This document shows positions 48,598 to 58,400 of a stretch of DNA of 64,000 bases, piece after piece; the first letter of the stretch is position 1, and every line of letters begins with the position of its first letter. The translations under genes were made by a program, and so were the position numbers. A model generated the notes under the pieces. It saw only the letters and a program-made list of their open reading frames with translations. It searched no databases and was not told the DNA's origin. Source of the stretch: an uncultured Candidatus Micrarchaeota archaeon (GTDB lineage Archaea; Micrarchaeota; Micrarchaeia; Anstonellales; Bilamarchaeaceae); assembly GCA_963800555.1 (NCBI GenBank), contig CAWDBH010000010.1:104603-168602 (forward strand), in the 5' to 3' direction.

Positions 48598-49665
48598 ATG
48601 CCAATCACACGCGTATTCGAAGGCAGCGTAGATTTTCTGCAGATTCTCGACAAAGATGGCAACGTGGACAAGTCCCTTGAACCGAAGATCGATGATGCGA
48701 CCCTCAAGGCGATGTACACGGGGATGGTGCTCGCGCGGATCTGGGACCACAAGTACATGGCGCTCCAGCGGACCGGAAGGATGTACACTTATCCGCCGCT
48801 AGAAGGTCAGGAAGCCATAGCAATCGGGGTGACACTCGCCTGCAGAAAAGAAGATTGGCTGTTCCCCACATACAGGGAAGCATCCATAGTCTATCACCTC
48901 CGCGGCCATCCCGCTTATCAAAACATACTCATATGGATGGGTCTCGAAGAAGGCCTACGGCTGGACAAGAGCATCCGCTGTTTCCCTTACGCAACTCCTA
49001 TAGCTACGCAGCTCCCTCACGCTGTAGGTGCAGCATACGCGCTCCGCAGCAAGGGCGAGAAGAGCGCGACGATCGTCTTCTGCGGCGATGGCGCGACAAG
49101 CGAGGGGGATTTCCACGACGCGATGAACTTCGCCGGGGTGTGGAACGCCGGGACCGTGTTCGTCATTTCGAACAACCAGTACGCGATATCCGTCCCGAGG
49201 AAGGCTCAGACCAAATCCGAGACCCTGGCCCAGAAAGCGCTCGCTTATGGCTTCAAGGGGATGCAGGTAGATGGCAACGACGTACTCGCGGTCTATCGCG
49301 CGATTAACGAGGCTGCTGACAGCGCCCGGTCCGGCAAGGGACCTATCGCACTCGAGTTCATAACCTACCGGATGGGACCCCATACGACTTCGGACGATCC
49401 GAAAAAATACCGCAACGATGAAGAGGTAACGTACTGGCGCGACCGGGACCCTATCAAGCGTTTCCAGCTATACCTTAAATCGAAGGGGATATGGAACGAG
49501 CAATTCGAGAAGGCTGTGAATGACGAGTCAGTGAAAATCGTGGAGGAGGCGGTCGTGAAGGCTGAGGCATACAAGCCGGACCCGAAGGACCTTTTCACGT
49601 ACAACCTGGCTTCGATGTCCAAGGATGTCAAGGGACAGATGGAGGAGTGCCTCGGCAAAGGGTGA
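48598..49665 (+). CDS. 2-oxoacid dehydrogenase E1 component, alpha subunit (TPP-dependent)
   Basis: GDGATSEGDFHDAMNFA TPP-binding motif. Start at ATG 48598, after GGAGG. Confidence 0.9.
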   Translation: MPITRVFEGSVDFLQILDKDGNVDKSLEPKIDDATLKAMYTGMVLARIWDHKYMALQRTGRMYTYPPLEGQEAIAIGVTLACRKEDWLFPTYREASIVYHLRGHPAYQNILIWMGLEEGLRLDKSIRCFPYATPIATQLPHAVGAAYALRSKGEKSATIVFCGDGATSEGDFHDAMNFAGVWNAGTVFVISNNQYAISVPRKAQTKSETLAQKALAYGFKGMQVDGNDVLAVYRAINEAADSARSGKGPIALEFITYRMGPHTTSDDPKKYRNDEEVTYWRDRDPIKRFQLYLKSKGIWNEQFEKAVNDESVKIVEEAVVKAEAYKPDPKDLFTYNLASMSKDVKGQMEECLGKG

Positions 49666-49670
49666 TTCTC

Positions 49671-50645
49671 ATGAAGATGACCATGGTGGATGCTATCAAC
49701 GCATGCCTGAAGCAGGAGATGGAAAGGGACAGCAGCATAATCGTGCTGGGCGAGGATGTCGGGGTCGACGGCGGGGTCTTCCGTGTCACCGAAGGACTCC
49801 TGCAGAGATTCGGTAAGGAACGCGTGATAGACACCCCGCTCTCGGAATCGGGGATAATCGGGGTCGCGATCGGCATGGCTTGTTTCGGCCTGAGACCTGT
49901 CCCAGAGATACAGTTCCAGGGCTTCGAATACAACGCTTATCATCAGATAATACAGCATATGAGCAGGCTCAGGAACAGGACGCGGGGGAAATTCACGGTA
50001 CCGATGGTCACCCGCCTTCCATACAGCGGGGGGATAAGGGCCCTTGAGCACCATGGAGAAAGCATGGAGACGATATACATCCATATCCCAGGGCTAACAG
50101 TGGTCTGCCCGTCATCGCCATACGACGCGAAAGGGCTTCTCGCCTCGGCGCTATCATACCCCGATCCGGTGCTTTACTTCGAACCGAAAAGACTCTATCG
50201 TGCTTACAAGGAGGACGTGCCGGAGGAGCGGTACACCATAGACATCGGAAAAGCGAATATCGTCAAGGAGGGCAAGGACTTGACCCTGGTCTCATGGGGC
50301 GCGATGACGTATGTCAGCAAGGATGCGATCGCGGATGCCGAGAAGCAGGGGGTCTCGGTGGAGCATATAGACCTGCGCACATTATCCCCGTGCGATTACG
50401 ATACCATACTGGAATCCGTGAGGAAGACTGGCCGGCTCGTCATAGTCCAGGAAGCGGTCAAGACGCTCGGTTTCGCGGCCGAGATATCCGCCCGTGTATG
50501 CGAAGAGGCGTTGCTCAGCCTGGAAGCGCCCGTAAAACGGGTGACGGGCTGGGACATAAACATCCCCTACCCGAAGATGGAGGATTACTATTTCCCTGAT
50601 GAGAAGAGGATACTGAAGGGCATAATGGAGACGGCGAAATTCTGA
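49671..50645 (+). CDS. 2-oxoacid dehydrogenase E1 component, beta subunit
   Basis: MKMTMVDAINA...VLGEDVG...DTPLSESGIIG pattern. Confidence 0.9.
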   Translation: MKMTMVDAINACLKQEMERDSSIIVLGEDVGVDGGVFRVTEGLLQRFGKERVIDTPLSESGIIGVAIGMACFGLRPVPEIQFQGFEYNAYHQIIQHMSRLRNRTRGKFTVPMVTRLPYSGGIRALEHHGESMETIYIHIPGLTVVCPSSPYDAKGLLASALSYPDPVLYFEPKRLYRAYKEDVPEERYTIDIGKANIVKEGKDLTLVSWGAMTYVSKDAIADAEKQGVSVEHIDLRTLSPCDYDTILESVRKTGRLVIVQEAVKTLGFAAEISARVCEEALLSLEAPVKRVTGWDINIPYPKMEDYYFPDEKRILKGIMETAKF

Positions 50646-50655
50646 GGTGTCATGC

Positions 50656-51873
50656 ATGAAGGAATTCAAGTTCCCGGATGTCGGCGAAGGGATCCATGAA
50701 GGAAAGATAGTGAAATGGCGCGTGACTGAAGGCGAAGCTGTCAAAGCGGACCAGACTATCGTCGATGTCGAGACAGACAAGGCTATCGTCGAATTGCCAT
50801 CCCCGGTCGCAGGGAAGATCAGCAAGATAAATTTCCATGAGGGCACGACAGTCAAGGTCGGAGAGACCCTCGTCACGATAGCTGATGAAGGAGAGCCGGT
50901 CCAAGCTGCGAAACCCGCTCCGGAGGTCCCTAAACAGCCATCGGCTCCCGCGATAATCCCGTCGCAGCCGCAGACAGCGATCTCCCCCGCATTACCCGTG
51001 ATGGCGACCCCATCCACAAGGAAGCTCGCCAGGGAGCTAGGAGTGGATATCAATACCGTGCGTGGTTCGGGCCCGGGGGGAAGGATCATCGATGAGGACG
51101 TGAAGGGAACGAACGCACCGCAAAGCATCGGACCGAAACCAGAGAAGCGGATGCCGCCGCCCGCACTGGACAGCGATACGCGGATACCTCTCAGCGGCCT
51201 GCGCAAGACGATCGCGGAACGTATGTCATATTCGAAGACGCACATACCCCACGCATGCGGAATGGATTTCGTTGACGTGACCGATTTAGTCGCGATACGG
51301 GAGAAGGAGAAGGCGGCCCTGGCCCAACGCGGCATCAAGCTGACCTACCTGCCTTTCATAATCAAATCCTGCACGATCGCGCTCCGGAAATATCCGAGCT
51401 TCAATGCGCATTTCGATGACGTCCGGAACGAGCTGATCGCCAGGAAGGACATCAACATCGGGATAGCGGTGGATACGCCTGATGGCCTGATGGTCGTGGT
51501 GATCAAGGAAGCGGACAAGAAGACCATCAGCGACATAGCCAAGGAGATAGAGGTGCTTGCAGAGCTCGCTAGGACGAGGAAGGTATCTTTGGAGGATATC
51601 AGAGGCAGCACTTTCACGATAACGAATGTCGGCAGCGTGGGCGGCACATTCTCAACGCCGATAATCAATCCTCCTGAAGTCGCGATAATGGGCATCCATA
51701 GGATACAGGACATGCCATGGGTCGTTGGCGGCCAGGTGAAGCCCAGGAAGATCATGGGCGTATCATTATGCTTCGATCATAGGGTGAGCGATGGGGCCAT
51801 TGCCACGGAATTCACGAACCTCGTGAAGCAGCACCTCGAAGATCCGTACTTGCTGCTCATGGACATGATTTGA
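50656..51873 (+). CDS. 2-oxoacid dehydrogenase E2 dihydrolipoamide acyltransferase
   Basis: Lipoyl domain VETDKA, peripheral subunit-binding domain PSTRKLARELGVD, and catalytic DHRVSDG. Confidence 0.92.
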   Translation: MKEFKFPDVGEGIHEGKIVKWRVTEGEAVKADQTIVDVETDKAIVELPSPVAGKISKINFHEGTTVKVGETLVTIADEGEPVQAAKPAPEVPKQPSAPAIIPSQPQTAISPALPVMATPSTRKLARELGVDINTVRGSGPGGRIIDEDVKGTNAPQSIGPKPEKRMPPPALDSDTRIPLSGLRKTIAERMSYSKTHIPHACGMDFVDVTDLVAIREKEKAALAQRGIKLTYLPFIIKSCTIALRKYPSFNAHFDDVRNELIARKDINIGIAVDTPDGLMVVVIKEADKKTISDIAKEIEVLAELARTRKVSLEDIRGSTFTITNVGSVGGTFSTPIINPPEVAIMGIHRIQDMPWVVGGQVKPRKIMGVSLCFDHRVSDGAIATEFTNLVKQHLEDPYLLLMDMI

Positions 51874-51892
51874 ATCGGTGATTACTATCGTA

Positions 51893-53299
51893 ATGGGACA
51901 ACTGACGACCAAGGTGGATGTGGCTGTGATAGGTGCGGGACCTGGCGGCTACACCGCTGCCATAAGGGCCGCGCAGCTCGGATTGGAGATCGCGCTCATA
52001 GAGAAGGACAAGCTGGGCGGCGTATGCACCAATGTGGGCTGCATCCCTTCCAAGGCGCTCATCCACGTGGCGAACATCAAGCACGATGCGGAATGCGATG
52101 ACGCGAAAGCCATGGGCTTGGACGCCGATGTGAAACTGGATTTCAAGAAGATGCAAGGCTGGAAGGACGGCGTTGTCGAAAGCCTGCGCCAAGGGATATC
52201 CACTCTCTGCAGCCTGAACGGTGTCGAAGTGATAGATGGCAGGGCTTTCTTCACTTCATCCAACACGCTTTCGGTCGAGACCGAAGCCGGACTGCGGACC
52301 ATAGAGTTCAAGAAGGCGATAATAGCCACTGGGACAAAAGTGAAAGAGTTGCCGGACATCAAGGCCGATCATAAGACTATCCTGACATCGGACGATGTTT
52401 TCTCCCTTGCCGAGATGCCGAAGCGTATCCTGATCATAGGCGGAGGGTATATCGCTGTGGAGATGGCATGCTTGTTCTCCAAGCTCGGATCTTCCGTCAC
52501 GGTATCCTACCGGGGCGAACGGCTCCTCAAGACCATGGAACCCGAACTCACCGAAGTGCTCACGAAAAAGATGGAGAAGGATGGCATAGAGCTTCTTTTC
52601 AAGAGCGATGTCACCGCCGTTCTCGGCAATGTCGCGACGGTCAGGACGCCTGATGGCGAAAAGAAGGTAGGGTTCGACAAGCTGCTAGTGGCCGCGGGTA
52701 GGATGACCGACCTGGAAGGGCTAGGACTGGATAAGACCGGAGTACGGCTCAACGAGGAAGGGTTGATCATCATCGATGAGACCTGCAAGACCTTGGACGA
52801 AAGCATCTACGCCATAGGGGATGTCACGCCCGGACCGCAGCTCGCGCATAAAGCCTTCAGACAGGGGAAAGTGGCCGCCGAATGCATAGCAGGCCTGAAA
52901 AGCGCATTCGACAACCGCGTGATCCCCATGGCGGTGTTCTCTGATCCGGAAATCGCATCGGTCGGCCTCACCGAGGAGCAAGCGATATCCAATGGCTATA
53001 AGGTGATTATCGGGAAGATGCCTCTCACAGCGACTGGAAGGGCCAAATCATTGGGCAGGACCGAAGGCTTCGTGAAGATAGTCGCCGACCAGAACGGCTT
53101 CGTCCTGGGCGCGCATATGGTCGGTGTCGAAGCGGATGACATAATAGCCGAAGCCGCCCTCGCGATGGAGATGGCAGGTACCCTGGAGGATATCGCTTCC
53201 ACGATACATACCCACCCCACGATGCCGGAAGCGCTCATGGAAGCGGCAGAGGATGCCATGGGAAAGTCCATCCATTTGTTTAGAGGTAAGAAAAAATAG
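51893..53299 (+). CDS. lpdA: Dihydrolipoyl dehydrogenase (E3)
   Basis: GAGPGGY FAD motif, redox-active CTNVGCIPSK, C-terminal HTHPTMPE. Confidence 0.93.
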   Translation: MGQLTTKVDVAVIGAGPGGYTAAIRAAQLGLEIALIEKDKLGGVCTNVGCIPSKALIHVANIKHDAECDDAKAMGLDADVKLDFKKMQGWKDGVVESLRQGISTLCSLNGVEVIDGRAFFTSSNTLSVETEAGLRTIEFKKAIIATGTKVKELPDIKADHKTILTSDDVFSLAEMPKRILIIGGGYIAVEMACLFSKLGSSVTVSYRGERLLKTMEPELTEVLTKKMEKDGIELLFKSDVTAVLGNVATVRTPDGEKKVGFDKLLVAAGRMTDLEGLGLDKTGVRLNEEGLIIIDETCKTLDESIYAIGDVTPGPQLAHKAFRQGKVAAECIAGLKSAFDNRVIPMAVFSDPEIASVGLTEEQAISNGYKVIIGKMPLTATGRAKSLGRTEGFVKIVADQNGFVLGAHMVGVEADDIIAEAALAMEMAGTLEDIASTIHTHPTMPEALMEAAEDAMGKSIHLFRGKKK

Positions 53300-53748
53300 C
53301 GGGTAAAGGGATTGGCAACCGCAATCTGACGGAGGATTATCCATATCGTGCGGCTGCCTAACCCCAGTCCCATACACTATCAGTATCGGATGATAGTGTT
53401 TGGAGCGTGATTTGATTTTTCGGTTCCGACCATGTCTTTTTCCACAACCATCTATCTGCACCAAAATATATAAAAAGTATATTATTATATATAATTATCA
53501 AGGCGGGAAGCCCATACATAGGTTGCACCCTGTGGCTTATAAGCGCTTCCCGTCCTATTTTCTCTCTCCTTTTAGCTCGCACCGGATCTCAGACGCTTAA
53601 CACCACGGCGTGCAGGATTTTCATGGGATCAACAGTATTACTCTTGTCTCAGTGTTAAAATTTATAATAATACGATATAAAATATAGAGAATTCGTATAA
53701 ATCTATATAAACCTTACATAATATATATAAAAGTTATAAGTGATTTGG

Positions 53749-54930
53749 ATGACAACGCACCTTTTCGCATCGCTCGACCTGGAAAAGTTCATGCCGCTCC
53801 TGAATATGGGCATCTCTCCGTTTTCAGCCTCGATCCATTACGGCCATGCGGTTTTCGAAGGGATGAGCATAATCAAGAACGGAAATCGTCTTTCGGTTTT
53901 CCACCCCTGGCTCAATCTGGAGCGTCTGCGCGAGAGCGCTTCGGCTGTGGGGATGGAAACCGAATTCGCTGACGACGCGGTGGTTGAGAACATCTTCCGT
54001 CTGGCATCCATGTGCGGCCTCCACCGGAAAAACGCCCACATCCCGAGGATAAAAAGAGCCGGGAAATCTGTGGGGCGGTTTTATGTCCGACCCTTGCTTT
54101 TCTCTGAATCGGCGGGTTTGGGATTGAGCGCACCTTCGCGGACGCGCCTCGCGACCATGATACAACCGATGGGAGAGTATGTGGGCGATGGAGAAGGCAT
54201 CGATACGATGATATACCCGAATCCGCGGGTGCTCCCGTTCCCAGGAGCCAAAGTATCATCGAATTACCAATTCTCGATCCAGGCGAAGAAGAAACTGATG
54301 CTCTTCAATATCATCAACGGCTCCGAATGCTCCGAAGTCCTCTTTACGAACGAACGAGGATTCCTCGTTGAAGGCAGCGGGGAGAACGTCATACTCGTCA
54401 AGGATGACGAATTCATAACGCCGCCGCCATCAGAGGGCGTCGTACCGGGAATCTCATTGCGCTTCATTTCATTGGCCGCGCGCGAGCATGGCTTCCGGTT
54501 CCGTTTCGGGACATTCACATCTGACGAGCTGGCTGACGCTGACGAAGTGCTCCTCAGTGGGAACGCCTCCGGACTGGTGCCGGTCAGGAGGGTCTATGAG
54601 ACCGGCGCGGATTTCCGGGCAAAAACGGTTTACGAGATCTCATCCCGGCCAGGTAGCACCATCCGTTCGGTCAAAGACGAATACGAGAGGATGGAGATAG
54701 GGGAGGGTTCGCATTCAGCCTTCCATGCGGTGATTGATGACTGGATCGATGATACAATGCAGGAAACGTTATATCTCCGTGCAACGGACCTGTTGCGGAA
54801 AAAGAAGCATACGGTGCTCACTATTTCTCCTGAAGTCAATGAGACTGCGGCCGCCAACGGCCTTTGCGGGAAGCTTAGCACATCCCGGCTGCGCTCGGAA
54901 TGCTTCTTCGGAGAGACGTCGGGTGATTGA
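53749..54930 (+). CDS. Divergent class IV PLP-dependent enzyme (BCAT/ADC-lyase fold) with C-terminal extension
   Basis: IHYGHAVFEGM and EGSGENVILV motifs. About 90 extra C-terminal residues relative to ilvE at 44560. Confidence 0.75.
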   Translation: MTTHLFASLDLEKFMPLLNMGISPFSASIHYGHAVFEGMSIIKNGNRLSVFHPWLNLERLRESASAVGMETEFADDAVVENIFRLASMCGLHRKNAHIPRIKRAGKSVGRFYVRPLLFSESAGLGLSAPSRTRLATMIQPMGEYVGDGEGIDTMIYPNPRVLPFPGAKVSSNYQFSIQAKKKLMLFNIINGSECSEVLFTNERGFLVEGSGENVILVKDDEFITPPPSEGVVPGISLRFISLAAREHGFRFRFGTFTSDELADADEVLLSGNASGLVPVRRVYETGADFRAKTVYEISSRPGSTIRSVKDEYERMEIGEGSHSAFHAVIDDWIDDTMQETLYLRATDLLRKKKHTVLTISPEVNETAAANGLCGKLSTSRLRSECFFGETSGD

Positions 54931-54931
54931 T

Positions 54932-55693
54932 ATGGCAAAGACAAAGAGCTCCGTGGATTGGGCGGATTTGGACACCGGCACATTGTATGTGCGGGATAGG
55001 AAGCTTCTTAGCATGATAACTGAGTGCGATTTCATCGATGCCATATTCCACACATGGCTGCACAAGAAAGCCGCTCCGAACGAGAAACGGATGTTGAATT
55101 CCGTGATGGTCAGTTTCTGCGGCGGATGGAGCATCATCCCTCCAGTCGTGTTCTCGGCGCGCCTGGCCGCGACTACCGGCGCCCCCATGGCCCAGTGCCT
55201 CGCCGCGGGGTTCTGCGCCGGAGGGCCCGCGCACACGTCCGCGATCCAACGTACCATGGACGTCTATATGTCGATTCCGCTCGGCCGGATAGACAGATAC
55301 GTGGAAAATACGCTCAAGAAGGGGGAGAAGATTCCCGGGTTCGGGCATCCGGTCGTGGACAAGGATCCAAGGCCCCAGGTGCTGCGCAAGCTATTCGAAG
55401 AATCAGGCATCAAAGGGGATGCGGTCAGGAAGTTCGACAGGATAGAAGCCATCTTGTCTGAACGTAAAGGCATCTATGGCAACATCGATGGAATCAGCGG
55501 CGCGATACTCATAGACCTCGGTTTCAAGGACCCGTCATTCGGACCGGCGTTTTTCCTCATCGGAAGATCCCTGTCTATGACTGCCCATATCATAGAGGAG
55601 TACAAGAACAAGCCTTTCAGCGCACTGGATATGGTCTACCCCGGATTCAGGGAGGTCGATTACGAGTATAGCGGCCGCCTCGAGGGGGATTGA
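54932..55693 (+). CDS. Short citrate synthase family protein (citryl-CoA lyase-like, 253 aa)
   Basis: GFGHPVVDKDPR and GNIDGISGAIL motifs. Lacks the N-terminal ~120 aa of full citrate synthases. Sits 1 nt after the upstream stop. Confidence 0.75.
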   Translation: MAKTKSSVDWADLDTGTLYVRDRKLLSMITECDFIDAIFHTWLHKKAAPNEKRMLNSVMVSFCGGWSIIPPVVFSARLAATTGAPMAQCLAAGFCAGGPAHTSAIQRTMDVYMSIPLGRIDRYVENTLKKGEKIPGFGHPVVDKDPRPQVLRKLFEESGIKGDAVRKFDRIEAILSERKGIYGNIDGISGAILIDLGFKDPSFGPAFFLIGRSLSMTAHIIEEYKNKPFSALDMVYPGFREVDYEYSGRLEGD

Positions 55694-55694
55694 T

Positions 55695-56534
55695 ATGGCT
55701 AAAGGAGGCGTCATCGCGGATATCCTCGCGATCATGATGCCCAATCGATCGTTCACGGCCTGCCTTGCGCTCGTCGCTGGCATGCTGATGAGCGGGCATT
55801 TCGACATCGTATTCATTATCTTCGGGGTCCTTACCTGCATCTGCGTCTATTGCACGTATGCGGTGTTCAACAATATCTGCGATGTGGAAGGGGACAAGAT
55901 CAACGACCCCGAGCGGCCGCTCGCGCGAGGCTCGCTAAGCATTCGGTTCGCATGGATCCTGATGTTCTCGCTCGCGATAGCCGGCATCGCTTTCTCGCTC
56001 GTAGTATCATGGATTTTCGCTTTGAGCAATCTGCTGTATGTCTTCTTCGGAGTATTGTATTCCAAGGTCACGAAATCCATGGGTATGCTTTCATATATGA
56101 CCCTCGTCACGACGCATATAGTGACTCCCATGGTGATAGGTTATCTCCTGTTCCACCCATTAGACGAGAAGATAATATTCGCAGCGACATTCATGTTCGT
56201 GACCGAGATATTCGCTTTTTCCATCAAGGATTACAAGGATGTGGAAGGCGACAGGAAGACCGGGATGAAAACCCTTCCGGTCCAGATCGGGGTGGAAGAA
56301 GCATCCAGGATAACGTTCGTGGGCCTCTGCCTTCCCATAGCGGTCGTCTGGCTCCCATGGAAGATGCTCGGATTATCCAATGCTTTTCTCGTAATCTACC
56401 TGGTAGCGATAGCGATACGGATATCATTCGGGACCAAGCTGCTAATGAATCCGAGCGCGGACACCGCAAAGGTCATCCTTAAAAACTTTAGAATCGTCCT
56501 TCTGATGCAAATGATTGCGTGGTGTTTCTGTTGA
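55695..56534 (+). CDS. UbiA family prenyltransferase
   Basis: NNICDVEGD and DYKDVEGD Asp-rich motifs with multiple TM segments. Sits 1 nt after the upstream stop. Confidence 0.88.
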   Translation: MAKGGVIADILAIMMPNRSFTACLALVAGMLMSGHFDIVFIIFGVLTCICVYCTYAVFNNICDVEGDKINDPERPLARGSLSIRFAWILMFSLAIAGIAFSLVVSWIFALSNLLYVFFGVLYSKVTKSMGMLSYMTLVTTHIVTPMVIGYLLFHPLDEKIIFAATFMFVTEIFAFSIKDYKDVEGDRKTGMKTLPVQIGVEEASRITFVGLCLPIAVVWLPWKMLGLSNAFLVIYLVAIAIRISFGTKLLMNPSADTAKVILKNFRIVLLMQMIAWCFC

Positions 56535-56554
56535 GCGGGGATCTTATTTCAAAA

Positions 56555-57118
56555 ATGATAGCTCTGAGCATCGTCAAGTTCGATAAGGGTACGGTACGAG
56601 TGAGGGGAAGGCTGATAACCATGATCTCCACCGACACCCTGCTCTATATGGAACGGCATCTTTCAGAGAGGATTGGTGAGAGGGAAACCGAGCAATTCAT
56701 CTATGAATGCGGTCTCCACCAGACGAAGATCGGCGCAAAAAGATATCTCCAGAAAAAGGGAGAACTCTCCAGGCTTTACCAAAGGGTCCCCGTGACCGGT
56801 GACGCGTCCATGGAGATGGGTTGGGAAGTCTTGAAGCTGGCTGGTTGGGGGGACACGCGCCTTGATGAGTTCATCGGAAAAGGAGAGAAGGCGATCGCAA
56901 GGACGAAGAATTCACCGACTGCTGAGGCGTATCTCGTCGAATACGGGAAGAGCGATAAACCGGTTTGCCATTACCTGCGCGGGCTGCTCGCCGGTGTGGC
57001 GGAAAGCGTATCCGGGCATAGGTATTCTGCTGTGGAAACGAGCTGCAAGGCTATGGGCATGACACAGGAATGCGTTTTTGAGCTGAAACAATTGAAATCG
57101 AAAAAGGCAACTCAGTGA
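56555..57118 (+). CDS. V4R (4-vinyl reductase) domain protein
   Basis: PVCHYLRGLLAGVAESVSG pattern. An alternative GTG start at 56519 overlaps the ubiA-family gene. Confidence 0.7.
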   Translation: MIALSIVKFDKGTVRVRGRLITMISTDTLLYMERHLSERIGERETEQFIYECGLHQTKIGAKRYLQKKGELSRLYQRVPVTGDASMEMGWEVLKLAGWGDTRLDEFIGKGEKAIARTKNSPTAEAYLVEYGKSDKPVCHYLRGLLAGVAESVSGHRYSAVETSCKAMGMTQECVFELKQLKSKKATQ

Positions 57119-57840
57119 AGTTTTATTCCTTTCACTCCTATGGATATCTCGTGCATACCCCCATTATAAGCGCATCGGCGCATCTTCACTATGGATAATG
57201 TCCTCGTGACCCCTGCAGTCCCTAGGAGATTATAATCCAGGATGATCAAACCATCGCAGGCGAACTCGCTGATCGTATCCCGGGAGTAGAATTTCGACGA
57301 CTTCGCGAGTTCGGATATCAGGATCGTGGTGCATTTGAGGCGGCGTATCTCGGAGAGGACATGATAGAGCATCTGCTTTTTCACCTGCTCACCGATCGCG
57401 ATCGGCGGCCGGTGGGGGGTCTTCTCCATGAATGCTATCAGGTCTTCCGGAAGATTCCGGTATGACCCGCAGTACACCGCAAGGACGGATAGCGAATCGA
57501 GCACGATCCGCTTAGCGCCCAGTTTCTTCACCCGCTCCCCCATCTCGTCGAGAAGCACGTAGACGTCGTTCGGCTGGAGTTCGACTATCTCGAGGTGCCC
57601 GTCCGAAATCGCTTTCTTCACTTCCAACCCTATCCCTTCCATCTGGTCGATGAGGAATTCGGGCCTATTTTCAAGGGTGAAGAATATTCCATGCTCCCCG
57701 GCTTTCACGCCTTCCATCAGGAATTGCATCGCCATGATGCTTTTCCCCGAACCGGGCGGACCTGAGATGAGGATCTGGTCCCCTTCAGGTATGCCGTCCT
57801 GCAGAATACCGCGAAACGAATGGAAAGACGCGAATTTCAT
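57112..57840 (-). CDS. KaiC/RecA-superfamily ATPase
   Basis: Walker A GPPGSGKS, Walker B IVLDS. Start moved to MKFASF (57840). Confidence 0.85.
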   Translation of the reverse strand: MKFASFHSFRGILQDGIPEGDQILISGPPGSGKSIMAMQFLMEGVKAGEHGIFFTLENRPEFLIDQMEGIGLEVKKAISDGHLEIVELQPNDVYVLLDEMGERVKKLGAKRIVLDSLSVLAVYCGSYRNLPEDLIAFMEKTPHRPPIAIGEQVKKQMLYHVLSEIRRLKCTTILISELAKSSKFYSRDTISEFACDGLIILDYNLLGTAGVTRTLSIVKMRRCAYNGGMHEISIGVKGIKLH

Positions 57841-57950
57841 AATACCACAGATAACAATCGATAAAATGTTTATAAATAATATACTTATATAGATATGATA
57901 ATATAAAAAAAGAGCAGTAATATAAAAAATATTCAACAAAAAGGTGTCAC

Positions 57951-58364
57951 ATGGACGATCTCGATAAACGTATCATTGAAATCCTTCAAAAAGACGCGAG
58001 CACGCCGCTATCGAAAGTAGCGGATACCATCGGGGTCCCCAGGCCTACGGTTTACCTGAGATTCAACCGGATGAAAGAGGAAGGCGTGATCCGGGGCTTC
58101 AACGTGGTTTTGGGCAGCTCCAAAAGAGGTCCCATGAAAGCCGCGAACCTGAAGGTCAAGGATTACCTTCTGTCAGAACTCGGACCTAGGCTCGTATCCA
58201 ACCTGGGCAAGAAGATCTCCGAACGCAGCGAGATCCTAGTCGCTGTGCGGGTCTCGAGGAACACTATCCTGGTGGTCTGGGAAGGGACATCGTTCGACCC
58301 TAGGGAGTACAGCGAGGTCGTCGGGATAGAGGCCGTGGATGCCGAGATATTCAAACCGATCTGA
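57951..58364 (+). CDS. Lrp/AsnC family transcriptional regulator
   Basis: LDKRIIEILQKDASTPLSKVADTIGVPRPTVYLRFNRMKEEGVI. Confidence 0.88.
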   Translation: MDDLDKRIIEILQKDASTPLSKVADTIGVPRPTVYLRFNRMKEEGVIRGFNVVLGSSKRGPMKAANLKVKDYLLSELGPRLVSNLGKKISERSEILVAVRVSRNTILVVWEGTSFDPREYSEVVGIEAVDAEIFKPI

Positions 58365-58400
58365 AGCAAGGCATAATAATGTTCCTGGCTTGCTATACGC

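Noticed and set aside
50382-51338. 318-aa minus-strand ORF
   Set aside because: Antisense to the E1beta/E2 genes, which carry clear lipoyl, subunit-binding and catalytic motifs.
53358-53600. Track ORFs 53358..53582 (-) and 53400..53600 (+)
   Set aside because: They run through AT-rich promoter-like sequence and a strong hairpin, and their products are low-complexity. The region is treated as non-coding.
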